From a virus, in IMG/VR virus record IMGVR_UViG_3300025168_000039, positions 42,895 through 106,894 of that record: a DNA stretch of 64,000 nucleotides; one strand, written 5' to 3'. The translations under genes and the position numbers were made by a program. Shown here piece by piece: positions 45,320-55,322 of the stretch. The notes beneath the pieces were generated by a model. It was not told the origin of the DNA and ran no database searches. It saw only the letters and a program-made list of their open reading frames with translations. How positions within the stretch are numbered: position 1 is the stretch's first letter; each line of letters starts with the position of its first letter.

Positions 45320-45619
45320 ATGTTACAGTCATTAAAAAATATTACTAAGGATATTAAATTAAAAGAAAAAGAGTTAAGTGGACGACCTGTTGGGATATTC
45401 TTATCATCAGCAAAGAGTTCGGAGCTATTTAACGAACTAAATAAAATAGATGAGCGGTTAGAACAGGACTTAATCTATTATAGAAAAACAATTATAGATA
45501 TATTAGATGATGTTAATTCTATTAAGTTTTTAAATTTAAATCAGGAACGGTCCTTACATAAAGTAGCAACACAATTAAATGTTTTGTTTGACGAAATAAC
45601 TGCATCGCAGGATTCATAA
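45320..45619 (+). CDS. Hypothetical protein
   Basis: ORF with GAGG RBS. Confidence 0.55.
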   Translation: MLQSLKNITKDIKLKEKELSGRPVGIFLSSAKSSELFNELNKIDERLEQDLIYYRKTIIDILDDVNSIKFLNLNQERSLHKVATQLNVLFDEITASQDS

Positions 45620-45620
45620 A

Positions 45621-45854
45621 ATGGATGACTTAGATATTTTAAAAAGAAATGTACTTGAGTTGAATACACAATTATTTGGTGAACGTAACCCAACGATTAC
45701 AGTCAAGACATACAAGACTAACACCTACGCCCATGAAGTTGAGATACTCGGACCAAGCAAAGTTATTTACTCGCCAGATAAACCATTATCGTGTGGTGCT
45801 AGGTTGTGGATTGAAACACATAGCGAGGTTGTGGCTGACGGACAGTCAGTTTAA
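45621..45854 (+). other. Apparently chimeric ORF marking a possible genome junction
   Basis: N-term coiled MDDLDILKRNVLELNTQL joined to the C-terminal part (GERNP.ITVKTYK..YAHEVEILG..KPLSCGAR.WIET) of a common phage protein lacking its usual N-terminus. Confidence 0.5.
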
Positions 45855-45872
45855 TTGTTGTGTGAGATAAAA

Positions 45873-45992
45873 ATGTATGAATTAAAAGTAAAAACCGGAA
45901 CATATAGATCAGATACTTTATTTTCATTAATGTGGGTTGTATTTTATCATAGGCTACATCATTGGAAAAAGGGTGAGGGGTTTGTAGATTAG
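45873..45992 (+). CDS. Small protein (39 aa)
   Basis: MYELKVKTGTY..HRLHHWKKGEGFVD; ends 3 nt before polymerase start. Confidence 0.6.
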   Translation: MYELKVKTGTYRSDTLFSLMWVVFYHRLHHWKKGEGFVD

Positions 45993-45994
45993 AA

Positions 45995-47719
45995 ATGGAA
46001 GTTGTCTTAGACATTGAGACTGATGGCTTAGATGCAACAGAAATATTCTGTATCGTAGCCAAGGAACGTGAGTCAGGTAAGATACATGTCTGGAAAGAGC
46101 AACAATGTTATGAAACATTTCCTTTGTTCGCAAAGCGTGTGTCTAAATTCATCATGCACAACGGCATATCTTTTGACGCCTATGTTCTTAACAACCTTAC
46201 TTCAGTTGATATTGATATAGATCGTATTGAGGATACTCTAATCTTATCCCAGCTTACATCTCCTGTAAGAGATGGCGGTCATTCCCTGGAATCTTGGGGG
46301 CAAAGGTTAGGCTTCGATAAGATAGACTTCCATGACTTCTCTTGTCTCACTCAAGAGATGGTGGACTATTGTATTCGAGATGTAGAACTTACCGAGAGAG
46401 TTTACATTGCGCTTCAGACAGACGTGAAGTCTATTCGGAGACAGTGTATAGATTTAGAATACGAAGTTAGGAAGTTAGTTTCTCAACAAGAGAGGAACGG
46501 CTTCACCTTGGATATGCAAAAGGCTACTTGTCTTGTTGCTAAATTAAAAGATCAATCAGATCAAATTGAAAAAGATGTTACAGATATGTTCCCGCCTATA
46601 CCTGTACTTGTCAGGGAAGTCATACCTAAAATTAAAAAAGATGGTAGCTTATCTACGGTTGGGCTAAGACACATAGAAGATATATCTACTGTGGGTGGTG
46701 TTCACTCTGCTATCGACTATCAAGAATTTAACCTGTCTTCCAGGCAACAGATAGTTAAAAGACTTTTATCTAAAGGTTGGAAGCCTAAGAAGTTTACAGA
46801 GAAAGGTCATCCGATTGTTGATGAGGGTGTGCTGAAGGATGTAGATTTACCTGAAGCAAAAAAGATAGCAGAGTTTCTCATGCTTCGTAAAAGGATAGCA
46901 CAGATACAATCGTGGATAGATGCTGTTAAAGATGATGGAAAGGTACATGGACAAGTTCTTACGCTACGTGCAATCTCTGGAAGAATGGCGCATCATTCTC
47001 CGAATATGGCGCAGGTTCCAGCTAGTTACTCACCGTATGGTAAGGAATGCAGAGAATGCTGGACTGCTGGGGATTCACCTAGTCTTGTACTTGTTGGCTG
47101 TGATGCTTCTTCTTTGGAACTACGTGCGCTGGCACATTATTTAAACGATAGTAAGTTCACCAGTGATGTTGTTGATGGTGACATACACACCGCCAACCAA
47201 CATGCGGCAGGGTTAGAGACACGCGATCAAGCTAAGACATTTATCTATGCGTTTATCTATGGTGCAGGGGCAGCTAAAATCGGCTCTGTGGTAGGCGGTA
47301 CAGCACAAGATGGTCAGAGACTAATAGATACCTTCTTGTCTAACGTGCCAGCCTTGGCAACGCTTAGAGCGAAAGTAGATGCTGCCTCTAACAGAGGATA
47401 TCTTATCGGTTTGGATGGTAGGAAACTCATGGTGAGGAACAAACACTCGGCAGTAAATCTTTTAGTACAAGGTGCGGGTGCAGTAATATGTAAGCAATGG
47501 TTAGTTGACATACATGATTCACTCTCCTACACTGAAATGAAGGCGCGTCTTGTTGCGTCAATACATGATGAATACCAACATGAAATTAATAAAGATCAGG
47601 CTGAAGAATTTGGAGAGCTAACCAAATTGGCTATGAGAAAAACTCAAGAAAGGTTAGGTATCAAATGCCCACTGGACAGCGAATACAAAGTCGGCCACAA
47701 CTGGTCACTGACGCATTAA
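45995..47719 (+). CDS. polA: DNA polymerase family A (T7-like) with 3'-5' exonuclease
   Basis: DIETDG, HNGISFD, YCIRDV exo motifs; DASSLELR, RDQAKTFIYAFIYG (Tyr at E. coli 762 position), IHDE. Confidence 0.95.
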   Translation: MEVVLDIETDGLDATEIFCIVAKERESGKIHVWKEQQCYETFPLFAKRVSKFIMHNGISFDAYVLNNLTSVDIDIDRIEDTLILSQLTSPVRDGGHSLESWGQRLGFDKIDFHDFSCLTQEMVDYCIRDVELTERVYIALQTDVKSIRRQCIDLEYEVRKLVSQQERNGFTLDMQKATCLVAKLKDQSDQIEKDVTDMFPPIPVLVREVIPKIKKDGSLSTVGLRHIEDISTVGGVHSAIDYQEFNLSSRQQIVKRLLSKGWKPKKFTEKGHPIVDEGVLKDVDLPEAKKIAEFLMLRKRIAQIQSWIDAVKDDGKVHGQVLTLRAISGRMAHHSPNMAQVPASYSPYGKECRECWTAGDSPSLVLVGCDASSLELRALAHYLNDSKFTSDVVDGDIHTANQHAAGLETRDQAKTFIYAFIYGAGAAKIGSVVGGTAQDGQRLIDTFLSNVPALATLRAKVDAASNRGYLIGLDGRKLMVRNKHSAVNLLVQGAGAVICKQWLVDIHDSLSYTEMKARLVASIHDEYQHEINKDQAEEFGELTKLAMRKTQERLGIKCPLDSEYKVGHNWSLTH

Positions 47720-48231
47720 TAACTTTAACAACTGCAGAGTTAAGGACCAGTGCGTTCATTGGTAAGTCGCGTAATAAAAAGAGTAGAGGTGCTGGGGTAT
47801 TTGATAGCTCTGTTGCAGATACTAACATGATAGATATCATAGGCGCAGAGGCTGAGTTAGCTTTTGCAAAACTATGCAACTTATATCCGACAGACTTTAT
47901 GATACTCGGCCCGCATTCAAAAGCTAAAGGGACTGATGATGGTGATCTAAATATAGATGGTGTTTGTGTTGATGTTAAAACCACAACCCATGAGAATGGG
48001 ATGTTGCTCTGCACTTCAAAACACCTTTCTGGTATAGATTTATTTGCTTTAATAATAAAGAAAGGAGAAGACACGTTTCAATTAAAAGGCTTCATGCTTG
48101 CGACTGAACTTATAGCTGAAGATAGGTTTGGTAGAGCGGAAGGTAAACTTAAAAGACCTGCATATGTGGCTAAACAAGATGAACTATATTGTTATAAAAC
48201 TGCTATGCAAAAGTTAAAAAAAATATCTTGA
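47665..48231 (+). CDS. Hypothetical PD-(D/E)xK-like protein
   Basis: GAEAELAFAK..DDGD..VDVKTT; true start uncertain. Confidence 0.55.
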   Translation: MPTGQRIQSRPQLVTDALITLTTAELRTSAFIGKSRNKKSRGAGVFDSSVADTNMIDIIGAEAELAFAKLCNLYPTDFMILGPHSKAKGTDDGDLNIDGVCVDVKTTTHENGMLLCTSKHLSGIDLFALIIKKGEDTFQLKGFMLATELIAEDRFGRAEGKLKRPAYVAKQDELYCYKTAMQKLKKIS

Positions 48232-48256
48232 CACTATAAAATTATACCTGTATTTT
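48228..48256 (+). promoter_or_regulatory. sigma70-type promoter upstream of ssb
   Basis: TTGACA-17nt-TATTTT. Confidence 0.5.
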
Positions 48257-48315
48257 ATAAACTCAACTATCAAACTAAGTAGTTAGACTTAGTAAATTGT
48301 AAAGGAGAATGTACT

Positions 48316-48783
48316 ATGGATGCTCATATTATTTCTGGTAAAGCTTACTGGGCAAGCGTTGTTAAACCAAACACAACTTACGAAGGTGCATGGCAAGTTG
48401 ATGTTTGCCTTGATGAGGACAATAAAAGTATGGTCGAAAGTCTTGGTCTTACTGTTCAGAACAAAGGCGATGAGAAAGGTGACTTTGTAAAAATTAAGCG
48501 TAAGGTAAACAAGCTTGATGGTTCACAACGCACTGCTCCTATTGTTAAAGATTCTAATAATAACGATTGGGATGATAGGCTTATCGGAAATGGTAGTCTG
48601 GTCAATGTTAAATTTTCTACTTATGATTGGAACTACAACAATAAAAAAGGTAAAGCCTCTTTTCTTCTTGCTGTTCAGGTAGTTGACTTAGTTCCCTACG
48701 GTGGCGGTGGTTCAGAATTTGAACCTGTTAAAGATGGCTTCGTAGTTGGTGGTGGTGAGGCTGTTCAAGAAGCTCCTTTCTAG
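48316..48783 (+). CDS. ssb: Single-stranded DNA-binding protein (T7 gp2.5-like)
   Basis: GKAYWA, IGNGSLVNV, AVQVVDLVPY, C-terminal EAPF. Confidence 0.8.
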   Translation: MDAHIISGKAYWASVVKPNTTYEGAWQVDVCLDEDNKSMVESLGLTVQNKGDEKGDFVKIKRKVNKLDGSQRTAPIVKDSNNNDWDDRLIGNGSLVNVKFSTYDWNYNNKKGKASFLLAVQVVDLVPYGGGGSEFEPVKDGFVVGGGEAVQEAPF

Positions 48784-48876
48784 AACAGATCACAATAAGG
48801 GGTTGCCTCTCTGGGTAAAATGCGGCAACTAAGTTAGTAGTGCGGGAGGGAGACTAACACTTTTAAGGAAATAACT

Positions 48877-49956
48877 ATGTCAAAACATGCTTTGATTACA
48901 GGACTTACTGGACAAGATGGCTCTTATCTAGCTGAATTACTCCTATCAAAAAACTATCATGTTCATGGTTTGGTCAGGCGTAGCTCAACACCTAACACAA
49001 AAAATATAGAACATATTCTAGACAACGCCAACATCTCCATACATGTAGGAGACATGACTGATAGCGCTGGTTTAACCAAGATAGTAAACAACATCAAACC
49101 TGTTGAAGTCTATAACCTAGCTGCACAAAGCCATGTAAAAATATCTTTCGATACTCCTGTATGTACGGGAGACATAAACGCTCTTGGTTCAATGCGTTTG
49201 CTTGAGGCATGTAGGAATATAAAAGATTGTCCTCAACCAAAGTTTTATCAAGCTTCATCTAGCGAGTTGTTTGGAAAGATACAGGAGCCAATTCAAAATG
49301 AAACAACTCCAATGTATCCTCGCTCACCATATGGCGTAGCAAAACACTATGCTTACTGGGCAGTAAAAAATTATCGAGAAGCCTACAACATGTTTGCTTG
49401 TAACGGCATCCTGTTCAACCATGAAAGTCCTAGACGGGGAGAAGAGTTTGTCACTAGAAAAGTAACTAAGTATGTGGCTAACTGGCATCCAAATTCTAAA
49501 CCACTTGAGTTAGGAAACCTTTCTAGTCTGCGAGATTGGGGACATGCTAAAGATTATGTTAAGGGCATGTGGCTTATGCTACAAGCGCCAGAGGCTGACG
49601 ACTATGTGTTAGCTACAGGTAAGAAGAACAGTGTTCGCGAACTGGTAGAAAGTTGTTTCTTGATAGCTTGTAATAGGACTGTTGTCTGGGAAGGAGAAGG
49701 GGTTGATGAGAAGGGGTATGTTTTTTTCACTGATGTATACAACAAACCTCAAAAACATTTAGTGGTTGTAGTTAATCCTGATTTTTATAGGCCGTCTGAA
49801 GTAGATGTTCTATGTGGAGATTCCACCAAGGCTAAGACAAAATTAAAATGGACTTGTGATTATACTTTTATATCTCTAATAAAAGAGATGTTACTAGCAG
49901 ATAAACCAGAAAAAGATTGGTTTACAAACGGAGGTGAATTACCTAATGGTTACTGA
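48877..49956 (+). CDS. gmd: GDP-mannose 4,6-dehydratase
   Basis: ITGLTGQDGSYLAE, YNLAAQSHV, YQASSSELFG, PRSPYGVAK, FNHESPRRG, RDWGHAKDY. Confidence 0.95.
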   Translation: MSKHALITGLTGQDGSYLAELLLSKNYHVHGLVRRSSTPNTKNIEHILDNANISIHVGDMTDSAGLTKIVNNIKPVEVYNLAAQSHVKISFDTPVCTGDINALGSMRLLEACRNIKDCPQPKFYQASSSELFGKIQEPIQNETTPMYPRSPYGVAKHYAYWAVKNYREAYNMFACNGILFNHESPRRGEEFVTRKVTKYVANWHPNSKPLELGNLSSLRDWGHAKDYVKGMWLMLQAPEADDYVLATGKKNSVRELVESCFLIACNRTVVWEGEGVDEKGYVFFTDVYNKPQKHLVVVVNPDFYRPSEVDVLCGDSTKAKTKLKWTCDYTFISLIKEMLLADKPEKDWFTNGGELPNGY

Positions 49957-51127
49957 AATTAACTGGCCTTTAGCCCATGACACTTGGGACAATAAAGAAC
50001 GAGATGCAATGCATGAAGTTATTGCTTCTGGTAGATTTACTTTCGGAGAAAAAGTAAAAAAGTTTGAGGATGAATTTTGTGAGTACTTTGGATTTCCTTA
50101 CGCTGTTCAAGTTAACAGTGGTGGCAGCGCTAACCTTTTAATGGTGGCTGCTGCTGTTGAAAGAGGATGGATATCCAAGGGAGATAAAGTTATTGTACCT
50201 GCCGTTGGTTGGAGTACATCTTACTTCCCGTTTATTCAGTACGGCATTGACTTAATTTTTGTAGATGTTGATAAAGATACTTGGAACATTAATGTAGATC
50301 AAATTGAGGACAACATAGAGGACGATGTAAAGGGTATCCTTGCTATCAATATTTTAGGTAATCCTTGTGACTTTAAAACACTCAACTCTCTGTGTAATAA
50401 ATATGATTTAATATTGTTTGAAGACAACTGCGAGTCTATGGGTGCAAAGCAAGGAGACGCTTACTGTGGTGGGTTTGGTGATATAGGTACGTTCAGTACA
50501 TTCTTCAGTCACCACATACAAACTATGGAAGGCGGTATGGTTGTCTGTAATGATCCTGAGACATATAACAAGCTGTTAAGTCTTAGGTCACATGGATGGA
50601 CAAGAGGTACAAAGTACTACACAAACAATCCTTTTGAGTTTGTTACGCTAGGATATAATGTACGGCCAGGAGAATTGAACGGTGCTTTAGGTTCTGTCCA
50701 GCTAAATAAATTAGATGACATGAACAACCAAAGAATTAAAAACGCAGATACATTTATAAAATATTTTGATAACAAAGACTACTGTAGGATTCAAAAGGTG
50801 GAGGATAATAGTCTTTCCTCATGGTTTGGTTTTGGTCTTGTCTTTGATCGTAACTCGTTCAGGCAAAGAACAAAACAAATACTCGAAGAGTATTCTATTG
50901 ATAACAGACCTATATGTACTGGTAATTTTTTCAATCAGCCTGTATGTAAAAAGTATTATAAGAACATTGAGAGAGGAGCAGTACTGGTCGAAGCGCGTAA
51001 ACTTGATGACAATGGTTTGTTCTTAGGAAACAACCCTATGGATTTAGAGCCAGCTATAAAAAGCCTTAGTAAAATTTTAGACCACGAGTTTGGTGAGAAA
51101 AGTATTTCAAATTCAGGATCATTATAA
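49934..51127 (+). CDS. colD: PLP-dependent GDP-4-keto-6-deoxymannose 3-dehydratase (ColD-like, DegT/DnrJ family)
   Basis: WPLA.DTWD, ANLLM, LFEDNCESMGA, STFFSHHIQTMEGG (His in place of the Schiff-base Lys), RSHGWTR. Confidence 0.8.
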   Translation: MNYLMVTEINWPLAHDTWDNKERDAMHEVIASGRFTFGEKVKKFEDEFCEYFGFPYAVQVNSGGSANLLMVAAAVERGWISKGDKVIVPAVGWSTSYFPFIQYGIDLIFVDVDKDTWNINVDQIEDNIEDDVKGILAINILGNPCDFKTLNSLCNKYDLILFEDNCESMGAKQGDAYCGGFGDIGTFSTFFSHHIQTMEGGMVVCNDPETYNKLLSLRSHGWTRGTKYYTNNPFEFVTLGYNVRPGELNGALGSVQLNKLDDMNNQRIKNADTFIKYFDNKDYCRIQKVEDNSLSSWFGFGLVFDRNSFRQRTKQILEEYSIDNRPICTGNFFNQPVCKKYYKNIERGAVLVEARKLDDNGLFLGNNPMDLEPAIKSLSKILDHEFGEKSISNSGSL

Positions 51128-51991
51128 ATGACAAAAACTATAGATACTATTGTTGAAGATATCTACAACATTTTTGAATGTGCTGAAGAGGTTAAGGTAA
51201 AGAAAGAAGACTTAGATGAATTAGCAAAAGGTATAGTAGATGCTGTTACTGGCTCCATTAAAGAGAGAGAAAGATCAAGAGGTAATTTAAGGTTGTCTCT
51301 TATTGGTCACCCTGACAGAAAGATTTGGTACACTGTTAGAGATGGAGACAAGATTGGTAAGGAAAAGTTAAAGGGACAAGACAAAATAAAGTTCTTGTAT
51401 GGCCATATCCTAGAGTGTCTTCTTGTCTTTCTCTCTCGTACTGCCGGTCATACAGTTACTGATGAACAGAAAACTGTTACTGTTAATGGGGTGGTCGGTC
51501 ATCAAGATGCCATAGTTGATGATGTTCTTGTTGACTTCAAGAGTGCATCAAGTTATGGGTTTAAGAAATTTAAAGAAAATAAAATTCATTCAGATGATCC
51601 GTTTGGTTACATAGCACAAATATCTGCTTATGCTAAAGCAAATAACTTAGATAAGGCTGGTTTCGTAGTAATAGATAAATCATCAGGTGAACTTTGTTAC
51701 TGTCCTGTTCATTCTATGGAGATGATAAATGCAGAAGAAAGGATTGAGTCTCTTAAACAGATTGTTAAATCTGATATTGCTCCCTCTCGCTGTTATAGCG
51801 ATATTCCTGATGGTAAGTCTGGGAACCATAAGCTTCATATTGGTTGCGTCTATTGTTCTTTTAAGCATGTTTGTTGGTCTGATGCTAACGGGGGTGCGGG
51901 TCTTAAAAAATTCAATTACTCTACTGGTCCGAGGTACTTAACCAGGATAGGCCGCACGCCTGATGTAGAGGAAATACATGAAGAGATTTAG
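51128..51991 (+). CDS. PD-(D/E)xK exonuclease (Cas4-like)
   Basis: LRLSLIG, KFLYGHILE, GHQDA..VDFKSAS, GYIAQISAY, C-term CVYCSFKHVC. Confidence 0.8.
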   Translation: MTKTIDTIVEDIYNIFECAEEVKVKKEDLDELAKGIVDAVTGSIKERERSRGNLRLSLIGHPDRKIWYTVRDGDKIGKEKLKGQDKIKFLYGHILECLLVFLSRTAGHTVTDEQKTVTVNGVVGHQDAIVDDVLVDFKSASSYGFKKFKENKIHSDDPFGYIAQISAYAKANNLDKAGFVVIDKSSGELCYCPVHSMEMINAEERIESLKQIVKSDIAPSRCYSDIPDGKSGNHKLHIGCVYCSFKHVCWSDANGGAGLKKFNYSTGPRYLTRIGRTPDVEEIHEEI

Positions 51992-52403
51992 ATCCAAGTC
52001 TGAAAAGAAAGCAAATGATTTTTTAAAGGACAAAAAGGTTTCGTTTAAATTTGAACCTTATTATGTTAAATATATGTGGATTGAAAATAAAAAGTATCTG
52101 CCTGATTTTGTTTTAGACAATGAAATTATTTTAGAAGTTAAAGGTAGGTTTACTTTAGATGACAGAAAGAAACATCTCTTTCTTAGAGAGAGTAATCCAG
52201 ATTTGGACGTTAGATTTGTATTCGACAACCCTAATACTAGGCTTTATAAAGGGGCTAAATCAACCTATGCTAACTGGTGTAACAAGCAGGGGTTTTTATT
52301 TTGTAAACTATCTGATGGCATTCCTGAAGGGTGGATAAGTGGAAAAAAAAGAAACAAAAATTCTTCTGGAAATAGAAGAGATAATAAAAAAAAGAAAGGC
52401 TGA
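51978..52403 (+). CDS. Endonuclease I / Holliday junction resolvase (T7 gp3-like)
   Basis: FRSKSE, YLPDF, LEVKGRF..DRKKHL, DVRFVF, TYANWC. Confidence 0.85.
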   Translation: MKRFRSKSEKKANDFLKDKKVSFKFEPYYVKYMWIENKKYLPDFVLDNEIILEVKGRFTLDDRKKHLFLRESNPDLDVRFVFDNPNTRLYKGAKSTYANWCNKQGFLFCKLSDGIPEGWISGKKRNKNSSGNRRDNKKKKG

Positions 52404-52683
52404 TCCAGAACAGCTTCTGTTTATGAGTGTTATATTGCAAGCCATGCTTGACGCTACTAAACCGATAACGCCAAAGGAATCAGACGAAGCTATAGCAGCA
52501 AGGGAGACATCTATGTCTTGGTTCTTCTGCTCTGCGGGAGTGACTGCAGATGACTTTACGACTGTCTGTGACATAGCGGATGTTGATCCTGATTATGTAC
52601 GATCATTCGCTCATAAAGTTATACGGTCAAAAGAGATTGACTTTGTGAGAAAAAGAATAAACACTGTCTTAACTTTTAATTAG
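52339..52683 (+). CDS. Conserved phage protein
   Basis: LFMSVILQAMLDA..WF..DFTTVCDIADVDPDYVR. Confidence 0.65.
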   Translation: MEKKETKILLEIEEIIKKRKADPEQLLFMSVILQAMLDATKPITPKESDEAIAARETSMSWFFCSAGVTADDFTTVCDIADVDPDYVRSFAHKVIRSKEIDFVRKRINTVLTFN

Positions 52684-52693
52684 GAAAAGACCC

Positions 52694-52963
52694 ATGTACC
52701 AGTTTGACGAAGAACATTATTTAGAAGAGATACACCACTACGTTGATGAGACTTACAGCCAACACTATGCCCAAGGTAAATATCAAGCGACAGATGTAAT
52801 TTTAGACGCAGGATATGGAGAAGGTTTCTGCATAGGTAACATACTGAAATACTGTAAGAGGTATGGGAAAAAAGCAGGTAGGAATAGAAAAGATTTGTTA
52901 AAGGTAATTCACTATGCAATAATTATGCTCCACATCCATGACCAAAAAGAGGAAGGAAGCTAA
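52694..52963 (+). CDS. DUF3310-like (putative nucleotide kinase) protein
   Basis: TYSQHY, GEGFCIGNILKY.KRYGKK, DLLKVIHYA. Confidence 0.75.
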   Translation: MYQFDEEHYLEEIHHYVDETYSQHYAQGKYQATDVILDAGYGEGFCIGNILKYCKRYGKKAGRNRKDLLKVIHYAIIMLHIHDQKEEGS

Positions 52964-52966
52964 TAT

Positions 52967-54676
52967 ATGTCACAGTTTCGCTCAAATGAAAATCCTATGT
53001 TCCGCTCTAAGTTTAGTGAAGATATCTTTAAACACAAATACGCACATACTGGATGCGAAACGTGGTCAAGTTTAGCCAGCGTTCTAGTGGAAGATGTTTG
53101 CCAAGACAAAATGAGCAAAGAAGATAAGACTGCTCTTGCTAATTACATTACAGAGTTAAAGTTTATTCCTGGTGGCAGATATTTGTATTACGCTGGACGC
53201 ACTAATAAGTTTTTCAATAATTGTTACTTGCTCTGTGCTGAAGAAGATACGAGAGAAGATTGGTCTGACCTATCTTGGAAAGCTGAGTCGTGCCTTATGA
53301 CGGGTGGTGGAATAGGGGTAGACTATTCTATATATAGAGAAGAAGGACGCATACTTGCTGGCACTGGAGGCTTGTCCTCTGGACCTATACCTAAGATGCA
53401 GATGTTGAACGAAATTGGCCGAAGGGTTATGCAAGGTGGTAGTCGGCGTTCAGCCATCTACGCTAGTCTTAATTGGAAACATGCTGACGTAAGTAAATTT
53501 TTAGAATGTAAGAACTGGTATGAAATGCCAGTAGGAAACACAGATTTTTCTCTTGGTCAGATTAAAGAACAAGATTTTAATTTCCCTGCTCCTTTAGACA
53601 TGACAAACATAAGTGTTAACTATGATACTGATTGGCTGTTAAACTATTGGAATACCGGAGATGTAGGAGAAATATTTAAAAAGAATGTTGCTCAAGCACT
53701 AAAGACTGCTGAACCAGGATTTAGTTTCAACTTCTTTGAGAAAGAAAACGAAACATTACGCAATGCTTGTACGGAAGTTACTGCTAACAATTGCTTTGCG
53801 GCTGACGGTGGTGACGATAGTGATGTTTGTAACCTTGGTTCTTTAAATCTAGGCCGGATAGAAACCCTACAAGAACTAAACGATATCACTGAACTAGCGA
53901 CTAAGTTTTTATTGTGCGGAACGCTAAGAGCAAAGCTGCCTTACGATAAGGTTTATAAAGTAAGGGAGAAAAATCGTAGGCTTGGCCTTGGTTTAATGGG
54001 TATCCATGAGTGGCTTATCAAGCGCGGTTACAAGTATGAGGTGACAGAAGAACTTCATCAGTGGCTCTCGGTCTATAAAGGAAAGAGCGATTCAATATCT
54101 AAAGAGACTGCGGATAAGTTCAATATCAGCCGTCCTGTAGCTAACCGTGCCATCGCTCCTACTGGATCAATAGGCATATTGGCTGGCACAAGCACAGGCG
54201 TAGAACCTATATTTGCTGTATCTTATAAGCGCAGATACTTAAAAGGTGGCACACGTTGGCACTATCAATATGTAGTAGATAGCGCAGCACAAGAACTTAT
54301 TGATTTATACGGTACTGATCCTAGCGATATTGAGTCTGCTTTAGACTTAGCAGACGACTACAAGCGTAGGATAAAGTTTCAGGCTGACGTTCAAGATTAT
54401 GTAGACATGTCTATTTCTTCTACAATTAATCTACCATCTTGGGGTAGTAAGACTAACAACGAGGATACTGTAGAAGAATTTACAAACACTCTCGCATCCT
54501 ATGCTCATAGATTAAGAGGCTTCACTGTATATCCTGACTCATGTCGTGGAGGACAGCCCCTAACAAACGTACCTTACTCTGAAGCTGTAGATAAATTAGG
54601 CGAAGAGTTTGAAGAGGGTGTAGAAACACATGATATTTGTGACATTACAGGTCATGGGGGTAGTTGTGGGGTATAA
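52967..54676 (+). CDS. nrdJ: Class II (adenosylcobalamin-dependent) ribonucleotide reductase
   Basis: FIPGGRYL, NNCY, GGSRRSA, RNACTE, CNLGSLNL, RRLGLGLMG, AIAPTGSI; no adjacent beta subunit. Confidence 0.9.
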   Translation: MSQFRSNENPMFRSKFSEDIFKHKYAHTGCETWSSLASVLVEDVCQDKMSKEDKTALANYITELKFIPGGRYLYYAGRTNKFFNNCYLLCAEEDTREDWSDLSWKAESCLMTGGGIGVDYSIYREEGRILAGTGGLSSGPIPKMQMLNEIGRRVMQGGSRRSAIYASLNWKHADVSKFLECKNWYEMPVGNTDFSLGQIKEQDFNFPAPLDMTNISVNYDTDWLLNYWNTGDVGEIFKKNVAQALKTAEPGFSFNFFEKENETLRNACTEVTANNCFAADGGDDSDVCNLGSLNLGRIETLQELNDITELATKFLLCGTLRAKLPYDKVYKVREKNRRLGLGLMGIHEWLIKRGYKYEVTEELHQWLSVYKGKSDSISKETADKFNISRPVANRAIAPTGSIGILAGTSTGVEPIFAVSYKRRYLKGGTRWHYQYVVDSAAQELIDLYGTDPSDIESALDLADDYKRRIKFQADVQDYVDMSISSTINLPSWGSKTNNEDTVEEFTNTLASYAHRLRGFTVYPDSCRGGQPLTNVPYSEAVDKLGEEFEEGVETHDICDITGHGGSCGV

Positions 54677-55243
54677 ATGTTAACTCACTATTGCTTCAAG
54701 GAAGTTCTACCAAAGGAATTTTGTGATGGTATGCTTACTGTTGCAAGAGAATTAGATTCTAAAGAGGCAGAAGTTTCTAAAGAAGGCGACGATGTAGTAT
54801 TATCAGAGATAAGAAACAACAGAGTTGCTTGGTTAGCTAATGACGAATTGTCTGAGATACTAGAATTATATGTAGACATAGCTAATGAAAAAGCTGGCTG
54901 GGGTTTTAGTTTAACTTCTTTTGAAGTACCTCAAATATCTTTTTATGGTAAAGGTCAGTTCTATGATTGGCATGTAGATACAGGAGTAGAAAAACAAAGC
55001 GATCCTTACTTTAGAAAATTAGCTATCTCTGTAACACTCAACGATGATTTTAAAGGGGGTGATTTCCAAGTGCAAAATTTTGTTCATCCTCAAGCACCTA
55101 ATAGATTTAAAACTATAAAAGAAATGAGGAGACAAGGAAGTATTGTTGTCTTCCCTTCTTTTATTTTTCACAGAGTAACTAAAGTCAAAGAAGGAGAAAG
55201 GTCTGCTATGACCTGTTGGTTCAGAGGTGAAAAATTTTCTTGA
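54677..55243 (+). CDS. 2OG-Fe(II) oxygenase (PKHD-type)
   Basis: YDWHVD, RKLA, FKGGDFQ, VVFPSFIFHRVT; homolog of 44753-45313. Confidence 0.85.
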   Translation: MLTHYCFKEVLPKEFCDGMLTVARELDSKEAEVSKEGDDVVLSEIRNNRVAWLANDELSEILELYVDIANEKAGWGFSLTSFEVPQISFYGKGQFYDWHVDTGVEKQSDPYFRKLAISVTLNDDFKGGDFQVQNFVHPQAPNRFKTIKEMRRQGSIVVFPSFIFHRVTKVKEGERSAMTCWFRGEKFS

Positions 55244-55322
55244 CTATAGTTTCTTTTTGTAGTAATCTTTTTACAGCATGACATAATGTGTGCTATATAA
55301 CCTTGCTTAACAGGAGAATACT

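Noticed and set aside
51128-51991. Cas4 as evidence of a CRISPR system
   Set aside because: Stand-alone PD-(D/E)xK exonuclease in the usual phage replication module
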